The notes under the pieces were generated by a model. That model made no database searches and was not told where the DNA came from. It saw only the letters and a list, made by a program, of their open reading frames with translations. A stretch of DNA of 6,304 nt from a virus. Below are positions 1 to 4,304 of the stretch, one piece after another; positions within the stretch are counted from its first letter, which is position 1, and each line of letters opens with the position of its first letter. The stretch lies in the IMG/VR virus record IMGVR_UViG_3300045988_007514, positions 1-6,304 of that record; one strand, given 5' to 3'. Made by a program: the position numbers and the translations under genes.

Positions 1-77
1 TCAAATGGGAGAAAAAGCTCCTATTCAGTCTAAAGACCTTCTTACTAATCTTACAGTTAAAGGAGATTTACCTTATT
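1..77. repeat. Terminal redundancy, copy 1. It is identical to 6228..6304 and marks a circular genome of 6,227 nt.
   Basis: Base-by-base comparison shows that 'tcaaatgggagaaaaagctcctattcagtctaaagaccttcttactaatcttacagttaaaggagatttaccttatt' occurs at both 1-77 and 6228-6304. The VP1 reading frame is continuous across the junction. Confidence 0.95.
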
Positions 78-1645
78 GCTCCCTTAATGATTTAGGAGTT
101 TCTTTGTATTCTGCATCAGGAAATCCTACCGGATTAGGAAGCAAAGTAACTGTTGTTCCGGAATTTGCTAATATTTTTGGTTATAATCGCGGTGATGTTA
201 ACCATAAATTGTTATCAATGTTGGATTATGGAAACGTTGTTGATAAAAATACCGATAAGATTGGTACTTCTGCTAATCGTTGGTGGAATGCATCTGCTGC
301 TCCTTCTGCTGATAGCTTAAAAGTTTATTCTCAGAAATATAATGTTAACTTAGCTGCTAACCTTTTTCCCCTTGCTGCTTATCAGAAAATTTATCAAGAC
401 TTTTTCCGTTGGTCTCAATGGGAAAATGCAGACCCTACCTCTTATAATTTTGATTGGTATCAAGGCTCCGGTAGTCTTTTTAGTACTGGTATTTCCTCGG
501 TTATTTCTCCCTCTAATGCTTATTGGAAACGAGATAATTTATTTTCTCTCCGTTATGCTAATTGGAATAAGGATAAGTTCATGGGTGTTCTTCCGAATTC
601 ACAATTTGGTGATCTTGCAGTAGTTGACCTTGGTTCAATTTCTACTACTGGTTCTAAGATTCCTGTAGGTGCTTATGACCTTGCGAATGACAAAGGTGCT
701 TTTCATCAGTTTAAAACTTCGTCTGAATCTGTAAATACAGGAGGTTCTTCTTCTAAATCTACTTCTCTTTATCCTCGTCAACCTGACTCTATATCTGTTC
801 CCGGCCAAGCTAACCTTTGGGCTGTTCTTGGAGAATCCCCGGATTTAAATTTAAAATTCTCTGTTCTTGCTCTTCGTCAAGCGGAAGCTCTTCAGAAATG
901 GAAAGAGATTACTCAGTCCGTTGATACTAATTATCGTGACCAGATTAAGGCTCATTTTGGAGTGAATGTTCCCCAGTCTGAATCTCATATGGCTAAGTAT
1001 ATCGGAGGTGTTGCCCGTAATCTTGATATTTCCGAGGTTGTTAATCAATTCCTCCCTCGAATTGACGACACTCAGGCGTATATTTATGGTAAAGGTGTAG
1101 GTTCTGGTCAAGGTTCTATGACATTCAACACAGGTTCTGGATATTATATTATTATGTGTATATATCATGCTACTCCTCTTTTGGATTATGCTATCAGTGG
1201 TCCTGACGGTCAGAATCTTGTTACTTCTGTTGAGGATCTTCCTATTCCTGAATTTGATAGCATTGGTATGGAGTCAGTTCCTGCTGTTGAGCTTATGAAC
1301 TCAAGTTTATATTCTAATGTAAACTCTGCGGATAAGATTCTCGGTTATAATCCTCGTTATTATAATTGGAAGACTAAGGTCGACCGCATTCATGGTGCTT
1401 TTACTACTACTCTTAAAGATTGGGTTGCTCCTATTGATGATTCTTTCTTGTATTCTTTATTTGGAGGTAATCTTTCAACGTACAAAGGTGTTACTTGGCC
1501 CTTCTTTAAGGTGAATCCAAATACTCTTGATGATATTTTTGCGGTTAAAGTTGATTCCACATGGAATACTGATCAGCTTTTAGTGAATTGTAATGTTGGT
1601 TGTTATGTAACTCGCCCGTTGTCTGCTGACGGCGTGCCTTATTGA
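2..1645 (+). CDS. VP1: Major capsid protein VP1 (phiX174 F-like), C-terminal 547 codons. This continues the ORF that starts at 5953; the full protein is 639 aa once the genome is circularised.
   Basis: Position 6232 equals position 5 and is in frame with the ATG at 5953. The ATG at 5 is therefore internal (...AVIQ-M-GEKAP...). The protein contains microvirus MCP hallmarks such as 'FSVLALRQAEALQKWKEI', 'NPRYYNWKTKVDRIHGAF' and 'WVAPIDD'. T3 codon bias is strong and the stop TGA lies at 1643-1645. Confidence 0.93.
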   Translation, partial: QMGEKAPIQSKDLLTNLTVKGDLPYCSLNDLGVSLYSASGNPTGLGSKVTVVPEFANIFGYNRGDVNHKLLSMLDYGNVVDKNTDKIGTSANRWWNASAAPSADSLKVYSQKYNVNLAANLFPLAAYQKIYQDFFRWSQWENADPTSYNFDWYQGSGSLFSTGISSVISPSNAYWKRDNLFSLRYANWNKDKFMGVLPNSQFGDLAVVDLGSISTTGSKIPVGAYDLANDKGAFHQFKTSSESVNTGGSSSKSTSLYPRQPDSISVPGQANLWAVLGESPDLNLKFSVLALRQAEALQKWKEITQSVDTNYRDQIKAHFGVNVPQSESHMAKYIGGVARNLDISEVVNQFLPRIDDTQAYIYGKGVGSGQGSMTFNTGSGYYIIMCIYHATPLLDYAISGPDGQNLVTSVEDLPIPEFDSIGMESVPAVELMNSSLYSNVNSADKILGYNPRYYNWKTKVDRIHGAFTTTLKDWVAPIDDSFLYSLFGGNLSTYKGVTWPFFKVNPNTLDDIFAVKVDSTWNTDQLLVNCNVGCYVTRPLSADGVPY

Positions 1646-1652
1646 TTAAGTT

Positions 1653-2168
1653 ATGAAAGAAAAAGAAGAATGTAAATCTTATGTTTGTTTTGGTCCCGGT
1701 TACCGTAAACGTGAACCTATTCGTGAGGTTTGTTTGTGTCCTATTTGTGCTTCTTCTGAGCCGGATATTGTGCTAGAGGAATTACCTACTGAACCTTTTC
1801 GTTTTGAAAAGATTGGAACTGAGGAAAATGAAGCTGTTCGTATTCGCTCTGATGTAAGTATGTTACTTCATGCTGCTGATATGGCGAAAAAGTATGGTAC
1901 AGGTTTTGTTCAGTCCATGATTGACATGCGTCGTCCTAAGTCTAGCGCTCTTCAATCTCAAATGGATCAGATGTCTGATGCTCAGATTTTAGATACTATT
2001 AAGTCTCGTCATCTTCAATCTCCTTCTGAGTTGATTGCGTGGAGTGAATACCTTGTAGAGCAAGCTAAGGATATTGAACAAGAAGCTGAACGCCTTGCTA
2101 TTGAAAAAGAAGCTTCTGATGCTGTTGCTTCTGCTGAATCTCAATCTGTTGAATCTCAATCTGAATAG
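1653..2168 (+). CDS. 171-aa protein of uncertain function, possibly an internal scaffolding (VP3-like) protein. It has an N-terminal Cys cluster and an acidic C-terminal tail.
   Basis: The ORF starts 7 nt after the VP1 stop and ends 2 nt before the VP2 start, and it shows T3 codon bias. The segment 'ADMAKKYGTG...SPSELIAWSEYL' loosely recalls the D-x3-I-x2-KY-x-TG and C-terminal helix pattern of gokushovirus VP3. This comparison is from memory and was not aligned. The Cys residues are arranged as CKSYVC...CLCPIC. Confidence 0.75.
   Translation: MKEKEECKSYVCFGPGYRKREPIREVCLCPICASSEPDIVLEELPTEPFRFEKIGTEENEAVRIRSDVSMLLHAADMAKKYGTGFVQSMIDMRRPKSSALQSQMDQMSDAQILDTIKSRHLQSPSELIAWSEYLVEQAKDIEQEAERLAIEKEASDAVASAESQSVESQSE
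2136..2163 (+). repeat. Tandem direct repeat. The 13-mer 'gaatctcaatctg' occurs at 2136-2148 and 2151-2163 (15-nt period) and encodes ESQSV/ESQSE at the C-terminus of the 171-aa ORF.
   Basis: Read directly from the sequence. Confidence 0.85.
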
Positions 2169-2170
2169 TT

Positions 2171-3280
2171 ATGGGTTTTCTTGATTTTATTCCTATTGTT
2201 GGTGATGTTGCTTCTGCTATTGGTAATGTTGTTTCTACGAATAAAGCCAATAAGAACAATATGGCTATCAATCAGATGAATAATGATTTTAATGCTGCCG
2301 AAGCTGAAAAGGCTCGGCAGTTTCAGTTGGATATGTGGAATCGTACTAATGAGTATAATTCTGCTTCTGCTCAGCGTTCTCGCCTGGAAGAATCTGGATT
2401 GAATCCTTATTTGATGATGAATGGAGGAAGTGCTGGTACTGCTCAATCTTCCGGTAGTACCTCTCCTGCTTCTGCTACATCTCCTCTTGCTATGCAACGC
2501 CAGGATTTTTCTGGTCTTTCTAATACTCTTTCTTCGGCTCTTCAAATCGCAAATCAAACCAAGGAAACGAATGCTAATGTTCAGACTCTTCAAAGTCAAA
2601 AATCTTTGTATGATGCACAAGCTAATAGTATTCTTTCTAATGTTGATTGGTGGAAATTAGGTCCTGAGTATAAAAAGTGGTCTCAAATGACTGGTCTTGC
2701 TCGTGCTGGTCTACAGTTTCAGACTGACCGACAGAACCTTCGTAACATGCAGTGGTCTGGTCATTTGGTTCAAGCTCAGCGTCTTGGTGTTTTGTTGGAT
2801 AATAAGTCTAAACAGATTCTTAATAAGTATCTTGATGAAGGTCAGCGTCTTCAATTAGATTTAATGGCTGCCCAGTATTATGACTCTATGGCGTCCGGAC
2901 ATTTGAAGTATCAGCAGGCTAAATCCGAGATTACTAAACGTCTGGTTATGGCTGCCGAAGCTAAAGGATTACAGATAAATAATAAGATTGCTGAAGAAAC
3001 TGCTGACTCTTACATGAAAGCTCTTAATGCAGAGTATGCGGCATCTTATGATATTAATTCTCCTTTTACTGAAGACGGGAAAGAATACGTACCTGCCTCC
3101 GTATTAAAGTCTCGTATGGATGCTCTTAATACTGAATGGCAATTTGATAAGCGTTATTGGACTGAAGGTCTTAATGCTCTTGGTGTTGCTGGTAATGCTA
3201 TTGGAAATGTTGGTAATCTTCGAAAGCGTCCGGCTCCTAATACTTATATTTATGGTAATCGTACCTATAATCGTTATTGA
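2171..3280 (+). CDS. VP2: Minor capsid / DNA pilot protein VP2 (phiX174 H-like), 369 aa.
   Basis: The N-terminus is hydrophobic and Gly-rich (MGFLDFIPIVGDVASAIG). It is followed by the conserved microvirus VP2 block 'FQLDMWNRTNEYNSASAQRSRLEESGLNPYLMM' and then a Q/A/L-rich, coiled-coil-like remainder. The gene sits immediately downstream of the capsid module and shows strong T3 codon bias. Confidence 0.88.
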   Translation: MGFLDFIPIVGDVASAIGNVVSTNKANKNNMAINQMNNDFNAAEAEKARQFQLDMWNRTNEYNSASAQRSRLEESGLNPYLMMNGGSAGTAQSSGSTSPASATSPLAMQRQDFSGLSNTLSSALQIANQTKETNANVQTLQSQKSLYDAQANSILSNVDWWKLGPEYKKWSQMTGLARAGLQFQTDRQNLRNMQWSGHLVQAQRLGVLLDNKSKQILNKYLDEGQRLQLDLMAAQYYDSMASGHLKYQQAKSEITKRLVMAAEAKGLQINNKIAEETADSYMKALNAEYAASYDINSPFTEDGKEYVPASVLKSRMDALNTEWQFDKRYWTEGLNALGVAGNAIGNVGNLRKRPAPNTYIYGNRTYNRY

Positions 3281-3460
3281 TAGTCGGTCTTGGCCTCCGT
3301 GGCCTGAACGGACCTCAGGTAACTGGACGTGGTAACGTCCCTTAACGACTAGTACCTTGATATCGGCGGAGCCGCACACCACGCTCGTAGAGCGGGTGCA
3401 GTTCCGTCCTTATCCTGTTTCATCAACATGCTGCACTTTACTGCTCCTCTGCACTTCACC
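3281..3460 (+). other. GC-rich structured non-coding element made of several stem-loops. It is a candidate ssDNA replication-origin or priming region, or alternatively a structured RNA.
   Basis: A closing stem pairs tagtcg 3281-3286 with cgacta 3346-3351 and encloses two hairpins. The first of these has alternative pairings: TCCGT 3296-3300 with ACGGA 3308-3312, or GGCC 3292-3295 with GGCC 3301-3304. The second pairs GGACGT 3325-3330 with ACGTCC 3335-3340 around a ggta loop. Further downstream, CGGC 3364-3367 pairs with GCCG 3371-3374. A 9-bp bulged hairpin spans 3377-3398 (cacc-a-cgctc gta gagcg-ggtg). No ORF with an ATG start covers the region, and its composition contrasts sharply with the T-rich genome. 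Confidence 0.6.
3431..3456 (+). repeat. Direct repeat of 'ctgcactt' at 3431-3438 and 3449-3456. An inverted partner 'gtgcag' lies at 3396-3401. It is followed by 'accccta' at 3458-3464 and 3468-3474.
   Basis: Read directly from the sequence. The repeats sit in non-coding DNA next to the hairpin cluster. Confidence 0.7.
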
Positions 3461-3515
3461 CCTATATACCCCTAAAAAAAAATCTTTTATACTGGCGAAA
3501 GCCTATTTCATTTAT

Positions 3516-3530
3516 CCCGCAAGGGTTTTT
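3516..3530 (+). terminator. Weak candidate intrinsic terminator or ssDNA mini-hairpin. CCC-GCAA-GGG is followed by TTTTT.
   Basis: A 3-bp GC stem with a GNRA-type loop (3516-3525) is followed by a T5 run (3526-3530), downstream of the VP1/VP2 gene block. The stem is very short, and a similar GGC-GAAA-GCC hairpin lies at 3494-3503. Confidence 0.25.
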
Positions 3531-3650
3531 GGTTAATCTCCGCCGAAAACTCCTCACTTCTTGCCTTATATTAGATAAATGACAGTATTCTCTCTAAAAA
3601 AAACGATTTTTATTTTGTATTTTAAAAATATATTCTTTTCTTTGTATCGT

Positions 3651-3659
3651 TGTTATAAT
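3651..3659 (+). promoter_or_regulatory. Candidate extended -10 promoter element (TGtTATAAT) upstream of the small-ORF/rep gene block.
   Basis: There is an exact TGnTATAAT match at 3651-3659, about 21 nt upstream of the ATG at 3680, in an AT-rich spacer. No convincing -35 element is present. If the host is a Bacteroidota member, the relevant consensus would be TAnnTTTG, and only a near match (TTATTTTG, 3610-3617) exists. Confidence 0.3.
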
Positions 3660-3679
3660 CATTAAACACTTTTTTTGTT

Positions 3680-3892
3680 ATGAGTAAATATATTTCATCT
3701 GTTGTGATTACGCTTTCTCCTAAACGAGAGTATTCATCTGAGCCTCTTGTATCTAAGGTTCTTGAATTGGATTATGTTTCAGGTGCTACAATTCCTCATG
3801 CTATTCATTTCATTAGTAAGAGTCCCCTGATTAAGCCTTATCTCTCTAAATATGATATTATCGGTCTTACATTTAAATATTTTGATTTATGA
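3680..3892 (+). CDS. Hypothetical 70-aa protein.
   Basis: T-ending codon bias in this frame matches the capsid genes. The stop overlaps the next start as ATGA (3889-3892). I recognise no similarity to any known protein. Confidence 0.6.
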   Translation: MSKYISSVVITLSPKREYSSEPLVSKVLELDYVSGATIPHAIHFISKSPLIKPYLSKYDIIGLTFKYFDL

Positions 3893-4086
3893 AAATTACA
3901 TCTCAACAATGGATTGAAATCATTAAATTGATTTCTACTTTTATCATTGGTATTATTACCACTCTTGCTGTACAATCTTGTACTGCGTCTATGTCTATTT
4001 CTAAATACAATAGTAATAGTTCTCAGTCAACTGAACAAACTTCTACTTCTTCTGTGGATTCGACTAAAATAAATATTGATTATTAA
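3889..4086 (+). CDS. Hypothetical 65-aa membrane or lipoprotein-like protein and candidate lysis protein. It has an N-terminal hydrophobic helix and a Ser/Thr-rich tail.
   Basis: The sequence 'WIEIIKLISTFIIGIITTLAVQSC' forms a single TM or signal-like segment ending in a Cys, which is weakly lipobox-like. It is followed by the polar tail 'NSNSSQSTEQTSTSSVDSTK'. The ORF has an ATGA start overlap with the upstream ORF and shows T3 codon bias. Confidence 0.6.
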   Translation: MKITSQQWIEIIKLISTFIIGIITTLAVQSCTASMSISKYNSNSSQSTEQTSTSSVDSTKINIDY

Positions 4087-4106
4087 TTTTTTTTGCAATT
4101 ACAATT

Positions 4107-4304
4107 ATGAAAGAGAATAATTTTTTATTGGTATCTGTTAAGTCTAAAACATCTCAGGCTCAAAGTCAAGGCCAGGTGTATGTTGTTTCAAAGGAAGACA
4201 TTTCTTCTTTTGTGAAAAAAGTTCTTGATGAGGACACTATTTTGTTGATTGACTCTGTCGAAACTTTTGTTTCTAAACCTCTTTCTGTTGACGAAATGTT
4301 ATGA
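4107..4304 (+). CDS. Hypothetical 65-aa acidic protein.
   Basis: The ORF is in the same orientation as its neighbours and its stop overlaps the rep start as ATGA (4301-4304). T3 bias is moderate. I recognise no motif. Confidence 0.55.
   Translation: MKENNFLLVSVKSKTSQAQSQGQVYVVSKEDISSFVKKVLDEDTILLIDSVETFVSKPLSVDEML

Noticed and set aside
1-77. The 77-nt identical ends could be read as a biological direct terminal repeat or as mobile-element ends.
   Set aside because: The repeat lies inside the capsid ORF, which reads through it in frame. Microviridae genomes are circular ssDNA. The redundancy is the usual signature of a circular contig that was assembled and output as linear sequence.
372-623. 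Same-strand overlapping ORFs at 372..623, 2421..2660 and 3120..3335 encode very hydrophobic peptides nested in VP1 and VP2.
   Set aside because: All three lie in the +1 frame relative to the host gene. The host genes' third positions are mostly T, so the +1 codons have T as their middle base. Such codons cannot be stops and encode F, L, I, M or V. The ORFs and their hydrophobicity are therefore a compositional by-product, with no independent support.
851-1168. Minus-strand ORFs at 851..1168, 2156..2620, 3104..3382, 4166..4408, 4701..4895 and 5435..5743.
   Set aside because: Each is antisense to a well-supported + strand gene. Their products are low-complexity and rich in I, N, K, R, S and T, as expected from reading an A-rich complement. 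Known microviruses express genes from one strand only. None has recognisable motifs or codon bias.
3281-3351. The 71-nt three-way junction could be a tRNA-like element or a hammerhead-type self-cleaving ribozyme.
   Set aside because: As a tRNA it fails: there is no D-loop or T-loop consensus, the hairpin at 3325-3340 has a 4- or 6-nt loop without TTCRA, and a 5-nt gap separates it from the acceptor-like strand. As a hammerhead it also fails: the junction strands are 'tcaggtaact' and 'cttaa' (minus strand CTGAGGT) and do not match the CUGANGA...GAAA core on either strand.
3336-3535. A frame of about 66 codons is open through the GC-rich region (RPLTTSTLISAEPHTT...YPARVFG).
   Set aside because: It has no ATG, only possible TTG or GTG starts. 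It shows no T3 codon bias like every other gene here and no recognisable motif. The region is better explained by its dense stem-loops.
3566-3597. Two origin or recombination look-alikes occur here. 'TATATTAGATAAAT' resembles the central region plus XerD arm of E. coli dif. 'CAGTATTCT' resembles the CRESS-virus nonanucleotide (T/A)AGTATTAC and lies within a weak TTAGA/TCTAA stem.
   Set aside because: The dif-like match needs a gap and has no matching XerC-side inverted arm. The nonanucleotide differs at the last two positions, including the cleavage-proximal bases, and the stem is 5 AT-rich bp with a 17-nt loop. Both are plausible chance matches in AT-rich spacer DNA.
3618-3630. An AT palindrome, TATTTT-A-AAAATA, could be an operator or recombination site.
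   Set aside because: It is a 6-bp arm made only of A and T within an AT-rich spacer, so chance occurrence is likely. It has no second copy and no adjacent regulator gene.
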